From NCBI GenBank assembly GCA_046331095.1, contig JAXLRM010000008.1, forward strand, positions 69,074 to 133,073: DNA of 64,000 bases. The letters run 5' to 3'. Origin of the DNA: Acidimicrobiia bacterium. GTDB taxonomy: Bacteria; Actinomycetota; Acidimicrobiia; UBA2766. A model generated the notes under the pieces. The model was not told the DNA's origin and did not search any database. It was given only the letters and a program-made list of their open reading frames with translations. Every line of letters begins with the position of its first letter. The stretch's first letter is position 1. Both the position numbers and the translations under genes were made by a program. Positions 52,863-62,342 of this stretch are shown here, piece by piece.

Positions 52863-53559
52863 TGCTGCGACGCGCCTCCCACTTGATCTCGGCGTCGGAT
52901 CGGCGCAAGTAGAGAGGTGCGACGTCGTGAGCCCTCACGAAGTCCTCGCGGTCGAAGCGCCCCGTCGCGACCGCGACCGCAGCCGCCGCCGTCGGGTGCG
53001 CGGTCAGCACGTCGCCCACCTCGACGTGGTCGACCTTGGCGAGCACGTCTCTGTACTCGACGGCGCCGGTCCCGACCACGAGGGTCTCACCGCCCTCGGC
53101 GACGATGTCGGCGGCGAGCGCCTCGGGCGTGCAGACCGCGTAGTCCCCGATGCGCTCGACCCCGCCGGGGACAGGCACGTAGCGTGCCCAGAACACCTCG
53201 CCGCGCCTCGCGTCGACGGCGGCGACCACGGACCGGCCCGAGTGCCGAACGGCCATCGCCACGAGGTCGAGTCCGCTGAGGGCGACAACGGGCAGGTCGA
53301 GCGACACGGCCACCGCCTTGGCGGTCGCGATTCCGACACGCAAGCCGCTGAAGAGCCCCGGCCCGTGATCGACCACGACACCCGTGATCTCCGACGCCGT
53401 GCAGCCCGCCGATCTCAGGCAGAACTCGATCGCGGGCGCCACGAACTCGGCGTGGGCATGCGGTCGCGCCAGCCGAGCCTCGGCGAGGACGCCCGCTCGT
53501 GTCCCCAGCCCGACCGAGCTCCGAGACGTCGCGGTGCAGATCGCGAGCACCAAGGTCAC
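52855..53559 (-). CDS. tsaB: tRNA threonylcarbamoyladenosine biosynthesis protein TsaB
   Basis: VTLVLAICTATSRSSVGL... YeaZ family. GTG start forms a GTGA overlap with the tsaE stop. Confidence 0.85.
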   Translation of the reverse strand: MTLVLAICTATSRSSVGLGTRAGVLAEARLARPHAHAEFVAPAIEFCLRSAGCTASEITGVVVDHGPGLFSGLRVGIATAKAVAVSLDLPVVALSGLDLVAMAVRHSGRSVVAAVDARRGEVFWARYVPVPGGVERIGDYAVCTPEALAADIVAEGGETLVVGTGAVEYRDVLAKVDHVEVGDVLTAHPTAAAAVAVATGRFDREDFVRAHDVAPLYLRRSDAEIKWEARRSSA

Positions 53560-54062
53560 CTGGTCGCCTCCAGTCCTGCGAGCCGACCGGCCCAGCGCGT
53601 GCCCACGGGCCGCAGCACGAAACGACGCTCGTCCGCCACGTCCGGCGGACCGTAGTCGATGACGATCTCGAGGCGGTCGGGCCCGAAGACCGCTGCCACG
53701 GCAGCACCCCACTCGACGAGGAGCACGCGGTCGGGGCCGCCGAGGTCGTCGAGCCCGAGGTCCTCGACCTCGGCGACGCGTTCGAGCCGGTACAGGTCGA
53801 CGTGGGTCACGCCGAGGCCGCCCGCGCCCTCGTACTCGTGGACCAGGGTGTAGGTGGGGCTCGTGACCTCGGTGGTGACCCCCAACGCCCACGCCAGCTC
53901 GCGCACGAACGTGGTCTTGCCGGCGCCGAGCGGACCGTCGAGGAGGACGACGTCGCCGGGGCCCAGCAGCGCCGCCACCCTCCGTGCGAGTTCGGCCGTC
54001 TCCGCGACGGTGCGGACCTCGACGCTCAGCGCCGGCTCAGAAGAGGCCGAGTTGTCCGGCAT
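53556..54062 (-). CDS. tsaE: tRNA threonylcarbamoyladenosine biosynthesis ATPase TsaE
   Basis: P-loop LLDGPLGAGKTTFVR, YjeE family. Confidence 0.8.
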   Translation of the reverse strand: MPDNSASSEPALSVEVRTVAETAELARRVAALLGPGDVVLLDGPLGAGKTTFVRELAWALGVTTEVTSPTYTLVHEYEGAGGLGVTHVDLYRLERVAEVEDLGLDDLGGPDRVLLVEWGAAVAAVFGPDRLEIVIDYGPPDVADERRFVLRPVGTRWAGRLAGLEATR

Positions 54063-54747
54063 CGTCCGCAGCCGTGTCCGAGGTGGCGACCACCGTTTCG
54101 CGCAGGTCGATCTCCGCGTCGACACGCTCGGGTGCATCCACACCCGTGGCGGCTCCCGCGGAGGCGGCCCTGTTCTTCGCCCTGTACGTGCGCGCCTTGT
54201 CGATCGTCGCCCGGATCACCGCGAAGTCCTCGCGGGCGTCCTGGAGCTTGGACGCGCCACCGCGCAGCACCGCGGCCGGATGCAGCGTGGGGATCAGAGT
54301 GGCGTCGTTGCGCCACCGGAACCGCCGGCCGCGCACACGTGTCACCCCCACCTGACGGTCGAGCAGGTACCGCGTCGCGAATGCGCCCAGGCTCACGACC
54401 ACGAGCGGGTCGAGGAGCTCGAGTTGGCGGTCCAGGTACGGCGTGCACGACGCGATCTCGCCCGGTTCGGGGTCGCGGTTGCCCGGCGGGCGGCACTTGA
54501 GGATGTTGCAGATGTAGACCTGCTCACGCTCGATGCCCACGTCGGCGCAGAGGCGGTTCAACAGGTTGCCCGCCGCGCCCACGAAGGGGACCCCCTGCTC
54601 GTCCTCGTTGCGGCCGGGTGCCTCGCCGACGAAGACGAGGTCGGCTGTCTCGCTCCCCGTGCCGAACACGACCGTGTTGCGCGTCTCGCACAGGACGCAC
54701 GCGGTGCACGCCTCTGCCTCGGCGCCGAGCTCCTCGAGTGCGGTCAC
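54037..54747 (-). CDS. udg: Family-4 uracil-DNA glycosylase (Fe-S cluster type)
   Basis: CTACVLCETR...GEAPGRNEDEQGVPFVGAAG...ICNILKCRPPGNRDP are family-4 UDG motifs. Confidence 0.85.
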   Translation of the reverse strand: MTALEELGAEAEACTACVLCETRNTVVFGTGSETADLVFVGEAPGRNEDEQGVPFVGAAGNLLNRLCADVGIEREQVYICNILKCRPPGNRDPEPGEIASCTPYLDRQLELLDPLVVVSLGAFATRYLLDRQVGVTRVRGRRFRWRNDATLIPTLHPAAVLRGGASKLQDAREDFAVIRATIDKARTYRAKNRAASAGAATGVDAPERVDAEIDLRETVVATSDTAADDAGQLGLF

Positions 54748-55664
54748 GGCTGCCCCTCCTCCGCCGACTCCGCCCCGGTTCTAGTAGCGGTCACCGCGTG
54801 GCGGGTGGCAGCGGCGACGATGCCGGCGACCGCGGCCACGGCCGCATCCACGATCCCGGGATCCGCCGGCGCGGGCCCGGTCCCGGTCGCGAGCACGAAG
54901 ACGGTGTCGCCGTCGTATCGGGTGTGGGAAGGGCGCAGGCACCGGGCGAAGCCGTCGTGGGCGGCCTGAGCGAGGACGTACGCCTCCGCCGGGGCGAACA
55001 CGGCGTCGACGGTCACGACCGCGACCGTCGTGTTCGTGCGCGTGATCGGGGCCACCGGCTCGGTCCCCGTGGCGGCACGGCTCCCGGCGACGACCTCACC
55101 GGATTCGCCGACGACGTCGCCGAGGGCATTGGCGACCACGATCGCGCCCAGCGCGACCCCGGCAACCTCCTCGCACTCGGCACCGACGCCGCCGGGTACC
55201 GCCCATTCCGCTCCGTGGACCTTGCCCACGGTCGCGCCCGCCCCGGCGCCGACACGACCCCACGGCGGTTCCGCGGTCGCCACGTCGAGGGCCAGCGCTC
55301 CCGCCTCCGCCGGCGGCCACGTGCCCCCCGATGCGACGAGGTCGAACACGCAAGCGGCGGGCACGATCGGGACCGGACCCCCGGGGGTCGGCACGCCGCG
55401 GCCGCGCCGGACCATCGCCTCGGCGACCGTGTTCGCCGACCCGAGGCCGAGCGCTGACCCGCCCGAGAGCACGACCGCGTCGACTCGTTCGACGAGCCGC
55501 CACGGAGCGAGGGCGTCCGTCTCACGTGTCGCCGGGGCGTTGCCACGCACGTCGACGCCCGCGATCGCGGGCGCGTCGGGCACGACCACGGTCGTGCCGG
55601 TCGTCCCCCCCGGAGCCGTCCAGTGCCCGACACGCACGCCGGGCCCGAGCCGGCCAGCGGTCAA
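54744..55664 (-). CDS. P1/S58-family peptidase (DmpA/L-aminopeptidase-like)
   Basis: GVRVGHWTAPGGTTGTTVVVPD...TTVAVVTVDA...DGDTVFVLATG. Proposed TTG start overlaps the alr stop. The long upstream extension of the track ORF is an alternative frame of alr and was rejected. Confidence 0.6.
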   Translation of the reverse strand: MTAGRLGPGVRVGHWTAPGGTTGTTVVVPDAPAIAGVDVRGNAPATRETDALAPWRLVERVDAVVLSGGSALGLGSANTVAEAMVRRGRGVPTPGGPVPIVPAACVFDLVASGGTWPPAEAGALALDVATAEPPWGRVGAGAGATVGKVHGAEWAVPGGVGAECEEVAGVALGAIVVANALGDVVGESGEVVAGSRAATGTEPVAPITRTNTTVAVVTVDAVFAPAEAYVLAQAAHDGFARCLRPSHTRYDGDTVFVLATGTGPAPADPGIVDAAVAAVAGIVAAATRHAVTATRTGAESAEEGQP

Positions 55665-56809
55665 CGTCCGCTCCGCACGTGGACCCGGGGGACGCGGGCG
55701 CCGATGCCGCAGGTGACCTCGTATCCGATCGTCCCGAGCTTGGCGGCCCACTCCTCGGCGCGGATCTCGGCTTCGCCCTGGCGCCCGATGAGGACGACCT
55801 CCGTGCCGACCGGCATCTCGTCGTCGCCGAGGTCGACCATGAACTGGTCCATGGTGATCGTGCCCGCTATCGGGCGGCGGTGCCCGCCGACGAGGACCTC
55901 GGCCCTGCCCGAGAGCCCGCGGCGCACGCCGTCGTGGTAGCCGAGAGGAACGGTCCCGACCCACGACGGCCGGTCGAGCTCGTAGCGGTGGCCGTAGCTG
56001 ATCCGCTCGCCCGGATCGAGCCTGCGCACGTGCGCCAGCTCCGAGACCAGCGTCAGCGCCGGTACGAGCCTCCCGGTTCCTGCCAAGCCGGGTGCGGGGG
56101 CGATTCCGTAGAGGGCGATGCCGCAGCGCACCATGTCGTATCGGTACCGCTCCGCGTCGACGAGGGTGGCAGCCGAGTTGGCCGCGTGGAGGACTCCCGG
56201 ATCGACGCCGGCCGCCGCGATGTCCGCGACGACCGCGTCGAACAGCTTCGCCTGCGTCTCGGTGCAGTCGAGGTCGGGTTCGTCGGCGACCGCGAAGTGG
56301 GTCCACGTCCCTCCGAGGCGCAGCCCGGCCGCGGCCTCGATGCGGCGTGCGAGGCCGGGGGCGGCATCGGGTTGGCAACCCACGCGGTTCATCCCGGTGT
56401 TGACCTTCAGGTGGACTGCGACGTCGCGCCCGGCTGCGGAAGCTGCCCGCGCCAGCGCGTCGACGCCGGCCTCGGTGTACACGGTGGCCGTCGCCCCGGC
56501 GTCGACGAGAGCGGCCTCCGCTCCGGGGGGTGCCTGCGACAGGAGCAGCACCGGAGCGCCGATGCCGGCACCACGCAGGTCGAGGACCTCCTCGACGAGG
56601 GCGACTCCGAGCATCGCGGCGCCCGCCTCCAACGCCGCGGACGCGACCGGCACGGCACCGTGGCCGTAGCCGTCGGCCTTCACGACGGCGCAGAGGGCGG
56701 CCGGCGCCGCGATACGGCACAGGTAGCCGGTGTTGGCGGCGATGGCATCGAGGTCGACGAGCGCGCGGGACGGTCGGAACGACACCGGCGGGAGGGGTCC
56801 GGCGGTCAC
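55661..56809 (-). CDS. alr: Alanine racemase
   Basis: PLP-binding AVVKADGYGHG and the C-terminal catalytic Tyr region. GTG start overlaps the nnr stop. Confidence 0.9.
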   Translation of the reverse strand: MTAGPLPPVSFRPSRALVDLDAIAANTGYLCRIAAPAALCAVVKADGYGHGAVPVASAALEAGAAMLGVALVEEVLDLRGAGIGAPVLLLSQAPPGAEAALVDAGATATVYTEAGVDALARAASAAGRDVAVHLKVNTGMNRVGCQPDAAPGLARRIEAAAGLRLGGTWTHFAVADEPDLDCTETQAKLFDAVVADIAAAGVDPGVLHAANSAATLVDAERYRYDMVRCGIALYGIAPAPGLAGTGRLVPALTLVSELAHVRRLDPGERISYGHRYELDRPSWVGTVPLGYHDGVRRGLSGRAEVLVGGHRRPIAGTITMDQFMVDLGDDEMPVGTEVVLIGRQGEAEIRAEEWAAKLGTIGYEVTCGIGARVPRVHVRSGR

Positions 56810-58302
56810 GTGCGCGCCTCGGCCTCGGCCGCAGGGATCTGCGCGGCGATGTCGCCCGCCACCGGGTGGCGATCCTCGGAGCCGGCCAGGGCTCCCGCGC
56901 GGCCGTGTACGCACGCGGCTGCGACGGCGGCTTCGTGGGGATCGGCACCGCGGGCGATGTAGGCGGCGACGATCCCGGTGAGCACGTCGCCGCTGCCCGC
57001 CGTGGCGAGCTCGGGACCTCCGCTTCGGCACACGACCGGCACACGACCCGGCGTCGCCACGACGGTTGCCGGACCCTTGAGCAGCACGGTGCAGCCCCAA
57101 TCCGTGGCGGCGTCGACCACAGCGGTGACCCGATGCGATCCTGCGTCGAGGTCGCCGCCGAGGCGGGTGAACTCGCCCTCGTGTGGCGTCAGGACCGTCG
57201 GTGCCTGCCGTGCCCTCAGAAGCGCCGGTTTGGCGTTGTTGAGGCCGTCGGCATCGAGCACGAGCGGCCCGGGGACGGTGGCGAGCGCGTCGGCCACGAA
57301 AGCACCCGTCCCGGGTCCGCGGCCGAGTCCGGGGCCGACGGCCACCGCTCCGAAGCGTCCGAGCGCGAAGCGCCTCGCCACAAGGTCCATGGCGGATGCC
57401 GCGACGGCGCCGTCGGCCTCGGGGAGTGGTGCCGTCATCAACTCCCGTGCGGAGGCCGCGACTGTGGGCTGCACGCACGCGGGCACACCTGCGACGACGA
57501 GGCCGGCACCGGCGCCGAACGCCGCCGCCGCCACGAGCGCCGGCGCGCCGGCCATGCCGTCCGATCCGCCGAGGACGAGGACCGCGCCCGCGGCCCACTT
57601 GTGGGCGTCGACGGCGCGCACGGGCACGGACCCGATCGCCGTCGCGGGGTCGGCGAGGGCGGCCGCCTCCTCGCCCAGGGTGATGCCGACATGGGCGACC
57701 TCCACGGTCCCGCACAGGCGCGCACCCGGGCCGAGGACATGGCCGAACTTGAGCGCCTCGATCGCGACGGTGAGGTCGGCCGCGAACGCATCGCCGACGA
57801 CGGCGCCGGTCGCCCCGTCGACGCCCGAGGGGATGTCGACGGCGAGAACACGGGCACCCGAGGCGTTGACGGCTGCTGCCGCGGCGGCGGGATCCCCACC
57901 GAGGCCGCCCCGGAACCCGGTCCCGAAGACCGCGTCGATGACGACGTCGGCGGGTCCGAGCCGGCCACCCCAGGCGTCGACGGGCACGGGTCTGGTCCTG
58001 AGCCGGTCGAGGTTCGTGCGTGCGTCGCCGGAGACTCCGTCCAAGTCGCCGACGAGGACACATCGCACGGCGGCACCGGCGTCGTACAGGCGCCGGGCGA
58101 CCACCCAGCCGTCGCCGCCGTTGTTGCCGGGCCCGGCGAGGACGACGAAGCGGCGTCCGCCCACCCCGCCGGCGAGGCGCACCGCTGCTCGGGTGCACGC
58201 GCTCCCGGCGCGCTCCATCAGCTCGAGCCCGGGCGTCCCCGCCGAGATCGTGGCGCGGTCGGCCGCCGCCATCTGCGCTGGGGTCACTACGGGCAGGTGC
58301 AC
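56806..58302 (-). CDS. nnr: Bifunctional NAD(P)H-hydrate repair enzyme Nnr (epimerase/dehydratase)
   Basis: YjeF-N (VLAGPGNNGGDGWVVAR) plus a YjeF-C carbohydrate-kinase-like domain, 498 aa. Confidence 0.9.
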   Translation of the reverse strand: MHLPVVTPAQMAAADRATISAGTPGLELMERAGSACTRAAVRLAGGVGGRRFVVLAGPGNNGGDGWVVARRLYDAGAAVRCVLVGDLDGVSGDARTNLDRLRTRPVPVDAWGGRLGPADVVIDAVFGTGFRGGLGGDPAAAAAAVNASGARVLAVDIPSGVDGATGAVVGDAFAADLTVAIEALKFGHVLGPGARLCGTVEVAHVGITLGEEAAALADPATAIGSVPVRAVDAHKWAAGAVLVLGGSDGMAGAPALVAAAAFGAGAGLVVAGVPACVQPTVAASARELMTAPLPEADGAVAASAMDLVARRFALGRFGAVAVGPGLGRGPGTGAFVADALATVPGPLVLDADGLNNAKPALLRARQAPTVLTPHEGEFTRLGGDLDAGSHRVTAVVDAATDWGCTVLLKGPATVVATPGRVPVVCRSGGPELATAGSGDVLTGIVAAYIARGADPHEAAVAAACVHGRAGALAGSEDRHPVAGDIAAQIPAAEAEART

Positions 58303-58346
58303 GCCGCGATCGTATTCCTTCCGACGAGGCGCTCGGCGCTACCGGC

Positions 58347-58497
58347 TCCCCACGTCGACGCGACCAACCCACGTGGCGACCAACCCACGTGGGGACGCAA
58401 AGCGGGTCCACAACCCCTCTCACGTCCCCACGTCGATGCGACCAACCCACGTGGGGACGCAAAGCGGGTCCACAACCCCTCTCACGTCCCCACGTCG
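58347..58497. repeat. REP-like palindromic element array, locus 4: a degenerate partial unit followed by two full units, 62-bp period
   Basis: Full units lie at 58387-58435 and 58449-58497 (ACGTGGGGACGC-aaagcgggtccacaacccctctca-CGTCCCCACGTCG). Upstream half-sites are ccccacgtcg and acgtggcgac. Spacers atgcgaccaaccc/acgcgaccaaccc are constant. Confidence 0.9.
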
Positions 58498-58793
58498 GGG
58501 GTGGAAGGCGACGCCGCCTGGTCGCGGCGACCACGAACGAATTCACGCAGGACGGCGCCCAGCACGCCGACGGCGAGGACGCCGAGCACGAACTGCACCG
58601 CGAAGGCGAGCCCCAGGGTGAGCGCCGGGCGTGTGTTCGTGCGGTACCAGCGCTCCCCGTTGAGGACGACGAGGGCGCTCGCGACTCCCCCGGCGAGCGC
58701 GGCCCACAGCAGCCAGTCCCGCCACAGGGGAACGTCGAAGAGCCAGAAGCGGCGCCTCTCGGTGACCGGCGGTTCAACCGCGTCGTCATTCAT
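58482..58793 (-). CDS. Hypothetical small membrane protein (about 103 aa)
   Basis: MNDDAVEPPVTERRRFWLFDVPLWRDWLLWAALAGG... has two TM helices. The ATG overlaps the glmS stop (ATGA). The last approximately 6 codons and the stop lie inside REP unit 2. Confidence 0.5.
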   Translation of the reverse strand: MNDDAVEPPVTERRRFWLFDVPLWRDWLLWAALAGGVASALVVLNGERWYRTNTRPALTLGLAFAVQFVLGVLAVGVLGAVLREFVRGRRDQAASPSTPDVGT

Positions 58794-60631
58794 TCCACCG
58801 TTACGGTCTTGGCGAGGTTGCGGGGCTTGTCGACGTTGCACCCCCGTGCTGTCGCCACTTGATAGGCCAGGACCTGCAACGCGACGGAGTCGACGATCGG
58901 CGCGAAGAGCTCGTGGGTCTCGGGCACCTCGAAGACGCGAGCGGGATCGATCCCGCCGAAGTCGGTGCCGGGGTTGGCGAGCAGGACGATACGACCTCCG
59001 CGCGCGGCGACCTCGGCCACGTTGGAGAGTGTCTTGGCGTGGACCTTCGAAGCGGTCACGACCGAGACCACGGGTACGTCCTCGTCGATGAGGGCGAGTG
59101 GCCCGTGCTTGAGCTCGCCTGCCGGGTACGCCTCGGCGTGCAGGTACGAGATCTCCTTCATCTTGAGGGCGCCTTCCAGCGCGGTCGGGAAGGCAGCTCC
59201 GCGCCCGAGGTAGAAGGCGTCGGTGGCGTCCTTCCACACGGCGGCCTCGGCCTCGACCTCACCGAGGTCGGCGAGGACCTCGGCAACCTGGGCGGGTAAC
59301 CGCAGCATCTGCTCCAAGAGGGTGCCGACCTCGCTGGCGTAGAGGGATCCGCGCAGCTGCGCGAGCCACAACGCCAGTAGGTCGAGGGCTGCGATCTGGC
59401 ACGTGAACGTCTTCGTGGCGGCCACGCCGATCTCGGGCCCCGCGTGGGTGTAGACGACGGCATCGGCTTCGCGTGCCATCGTGGAGTCGACGACGTTGGT
59501 AACGGCGAAGACTTTCGCCTCGAGCTCCTGTGCGTACCTGCATGCGGCGATGGTGTCCGCCGTCTCGCCGGACTGGCTCACGCCGATTACGAGCGTCTGC
59601 GCGTCGAGGACCGGATCGCGGTAGCGGAACTCGCTCGCCACGTCGATCTCGACGGGGATGCGGGCCCAGTGCTCGATGGCGTACTTGGCCACCAGGCCTG
59701 CGTGGTAGCTCGTCCCACAGGCGACCACGAACACCTTGTCGACCGTCCTGAGCGCGTGCTCGTCGGTGCGCAGCTCGTCGAGCACGAGCCGTCCCGACTC
59801 GGCGTCGAGACGGCCGCCGAGGGTGTCGGCGAGCGCTCGCGGCTGCTCGTGGATCTCCTTGAGCATGAACGTGTCGTAGCCGCCCTTCTCGGCTGCTTCG
59901 AGATCCCAGGTCACGTGGGTACGGTGAGGCTGGACGACACCGCCGTCGAGATCGGTGACCACCAGGTCGGTGCCTCGCATCTCGACCAACTGGTCGTCCT
60001 CGAGGACGACCACATCGCGTGTCTCGGCGAGGATCGCCGGTATGTCCGACGCCAAGAGACCGGCCGCGCCCGACGTACCGGCGACCAGTGGTGCGGCGCG
60101 GCGGGCACCGACGACGAGCTCGGGGTCGTCGGCTGATATGACCGCCAGTGCGAACGCGCCGTCGAGACGCCTGGCCGCGGCCCTGACCGCGTCGGCGAGT
60201 CCGAAAGCGGGGTCTTCGTCCAGGCTCCGGCCCACCAGTTGGGCGACGACCTCGGTGTCGGTGTCGGAAGCGAACTCGATGCCGGCCGCTTCGAGCTCGG
60301 TGCGCAGCTCGTGGTGGTTCTCGATGATGCCGTTGTGCACGAGCGCGATGCGCCCCTTGGCGTCCACCTGTGGGTGGGCGTTCGCCTCGCACGGCCGTCC
60401 GTGTGTCGCCCAGCGTGTGTGGCCGATGCCGGTCGTCCCGTCGAGGGTGGCCAACTCGGGAGCGGCCTTCAGTTCGGCAAGCTTGCCGGTGCGTCTCACT
60501 ACGTCGATGCCGGCGCCGGAATGCACCGCGACCCCAGCGGAGTCGTAGCCGCGGTACTCGAGTCTGGTGAGCCCGTCGATCAGGAACGGGACCGCACGTC
60601 CGTTTCCCGTATAGGCCACGATCCCGCACAT
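58790..60631 (-). CDS. glmS: Glutamine--fructose-6-phosphate aminotransferase
   Basis: MCGIVAYTG... (N-terminal nucleophile Cys), two SIS domains, C-terminal ...VTVE. 613 aa. Confidence 0.95.
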   Translation of the reverse strand: MCGIVAYTGNGRAVPFLIDGLTRLEYRGYDSAGVAVHSGAGIDVVRRTGKLAELKAAPELATLDGTTGIGHTRWATHGRPCEANAHPQVDAKGRIALVHNGIIENHHELRTELEAAGIEFASDTDTEVVAQLVGRSLDEDPAFGLADAVRAAARRLDGAFALAVISADDPELVVGARRAAPLVAGTSGAAGLLASDIPAILAETRDVVVLEDDQLVEMRGTDLVVTDLDGGVVQPHRTHVTWDLEAAEKGGYDTFMLKEIHEQPRALADTLGGRLDAESGRLVLDELRTDEHALRTVDKVFVVACGTSYHAGLVAKYAIEHWARIPVEIDVASEFRYRDPVLDAQTLVIGVSQSGETADTIAACRYAQELEAKVFAVTNVVDSTMAREADAVVYTHAGPEIGVAATKTFTCQIAALDLLALWLAQLRGSLYASEVGTLLEQMLRLPAQVAEVLADLGEVEAEAAVWKDATDAFYLGRGAAFPTALEGALKMKEISYLHAEAYPAGELKHGPLALIDEDVPVVSVVTASKVHAKTLSNVAEVAARGGRIVLLANPGTDFGGIDPARVFEVPETHELFAPIVDSVALQVLAYQVATARGCNVDKPRNLAKTVTVE

Positions 60632-60694
60632 GTGCACCTCCTCGCGCGCCTTCACGCGCGCGTCACGGTGCAACAGGACGGGCGGCAGCGCAGT

Positions 60695-60855
60695 GGCTAC
60701 GCCCCCACGACCCGGTGGCGCTTTGTCCCGGGGCTCACGCCCCGCATTTGACGCCGTCGGTCACGACCCGTGGCGGCCGAGCGGGTATCCGCCGAAGTCT
60801 CGATGAACCCGCTTCCTCGTCACCTCGCACGCGAGGCCTGGCGCTCGCTCCGCGG
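60695..60855 (-). ncRNA. glmS: glmS ribozyme (GlcN6P-responsive self-cleaving riboswitch) in the glmS 5' leader
   Basis: The minus strand reads AGCGCCAGgccucgcgugcgagGUGACGAGGAAGCGGGUUCAUCGAGACUUCGGCGGAUACCCGCUCGGCCGCC ... UCAAAugcGGGGcGUGAgCCCCgGgACAAAG. It aligns block by block with the Bacillus glmS ribozyme core (AGCGCCAG..., GACGAGGAuGGaGGUUAUCGAauUUUCGGCGGAUgCC, and the P3/P4 pseudoknot AAGGGGGUGACUCCUUGAACAAAG). Confidence 0.8.
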
Positions 60856-60944
60856 GTCTCCCCACGGATGGTCCCATTGCACCGACGAGACTACACATCG
60901 TCACCGCGGATACCTCCATGAGTCACCGGGGGCACCGGGCGGCG

Positions 60945-62150
60945 TCAGGCGGCGTCGAACATCCCCAGGCCGCCCAGGAATCTCCCGAGCTGGCGCAGGT
61001 AGGTGCCCCGGTGGACGTGGATCGCGTGCGAACCTGCGTACCAGTGGACCTGGGGTCCCCCCCAGTGCTCCCAGAGAAGGCGCGACTGGTGCGGAGGTGT
61101 GACGTTGTCGTGGTCGGCAGCGATGATCATGAGGCGTTCGAGCGGGAGGTGCACCGGGTGTTGCAACGGGGTGTGGACCGCGGTGTGTACCCGCATGTCG
61201 TCGAGTGTCCAGCCGAGCCGCGCGAACATCAGTCCGAGGAGCTGACGCGCGGGCACCCAGCCGACGGCGCAATCGCCAAGGCTGGTCGCGGGGATCATCG
61301 GCACCGCGAACGCGAGGTCCTCCTCGAGCGCAGCGACCAGCGACGTCATGTATCCCCCGAGGCTGACGCCCATCACACCGACCTCGGGAGCCCCCTGCGC
61401 GTAGAGCCAGTCCAAGAAGATGCGGAAGTCGTGGACGGCGTTGGCCCAGTTCTCCGCGAGCTGGGCGACGTCGAGGCTCGGGAAGCCGAGTCCGTGCACG
61501 GGCCCGCTGCGGAACCCGTGGTGGGGTAGGTCGAACAGTGCCACGTCCATCCCGCGCTCGTAGAGCCAGCGCACGTTGAAGAGCTCGGTGTTGAGGGTCT
61601 TGTGACCGGCCATCATCCCGTGGAAGCACACCGACACCGGCCGCGGCCGGTCACCGTGGCGCCACAGGCGCAGGTGGGCGTGGCGGTTGCGGCTCCTCTG
61701 GAGGAACCCCGAGTGCATGCGCGGGTTGACGGGCTCGAATGGGCTCGCGAACCAGTAGTCCTCGACCCGTCCCCCGCGAGGGCGGAAGGTCGTGTGGCCG
61801 ACGCGCCCGCGAGCAGGAACCAGGCCCTCCGGCGGTCGGACGAAGAACGTGTCCGGGTCCGTGAGGAACTCGGGCTGCACGTAGAAGGACCACTCGTCGA
61901 GAAGGCGACTCGGGTCTGCGAGGCCCCGAACCAGCGTGGGCCCGGCGGAGGCCAGGACCGTGCCCGTGAGGGGGAGCTGCAGGAGGCGATCGAACCTGTC
62001 GGCGAATCCACCGAGCTGGCGATCGCTCGAACGGGGGACGCTGACCACGGGACGGTAATGGCGGTGTGCTTCGACGTCGATGCGGTCGAACCAGTAGTCG
62101 GAGCGGGGCGGCTCGGTGGCCTCGGGCCGCAGTGGTCGCACGATTTCCAT
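60945..62150 (-). CDS. Alpha/beta-fold hydrolase (function unknown)
   Basis: GVSLGG nucleophile elbow, about 400 aa. The Met at 62150 (MEIVRPL) is the preferred start. Confidence 0.7.
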   Translation of the reverse strand: MEIVRPLRPEATEPPRSDYWFDRIDVEAHRHYRPVVSVPRSSDRQLGGFADRFDRLLQLPLTGTVLASAGPTLVRGLADPSRLLDEWSFYVQPEFLTDPDTFFVRPPEGLVPARGRVGHTTFRPRGGRVEDYWFASPFEPVNPRMHSGFLQRSRNRHAHLRLWRHGDRPRPVSVCFHGMMAGHKTLNTELFNVRWLYERGMDVALFDLPHHGFRSGPVHGLGFPSLDVAQLAENWANAVHDFRIFLDWLYAQGAPEVGVMGVSLGGYMTSLVAALEEDLAFAVPMIPATSLGDCAVGWVPARQLLGLMFARLGWTLDDMRVHTAVHTPLQHPVHLPLERLMIIAADHDNVTPPHQSRLLWEHWGGPQVHWYAGSHAIHVHRGTYLRQLGRFLGGLGMFDAA

Positions 62151-62342
62151 GGTTCCCCCCGGCTTCGGTGGCCGTCGGGCCACCGAGGCATGGGCACTCG
62201 GCCCGTCCGGTGTGGCAGATCACAGTTGACGCTGGTGTCAACCAACCTGTGACACCAGATTCCCGCCCGAGGTTGCCGAGTCCTTGCCCCCACGGCAGCA
62301 ATTACGACGATTGCACGACCTGGATCCCACGTTGCGTGGTCG

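Noticed and set aside
54744-58789. The 766-aa ORF 54744..57044 and the 1042-aa ORF 55661..58789 as single giant proteins.
   Set aside because: Only the C-terminal parts have recognisable folds (S58 peptidase 54744-55664 and alanine racemase 55661-56809). The upstream portions are out-of-frame read-through across alr and nnr and consist of R/G/P-rich low complexity.
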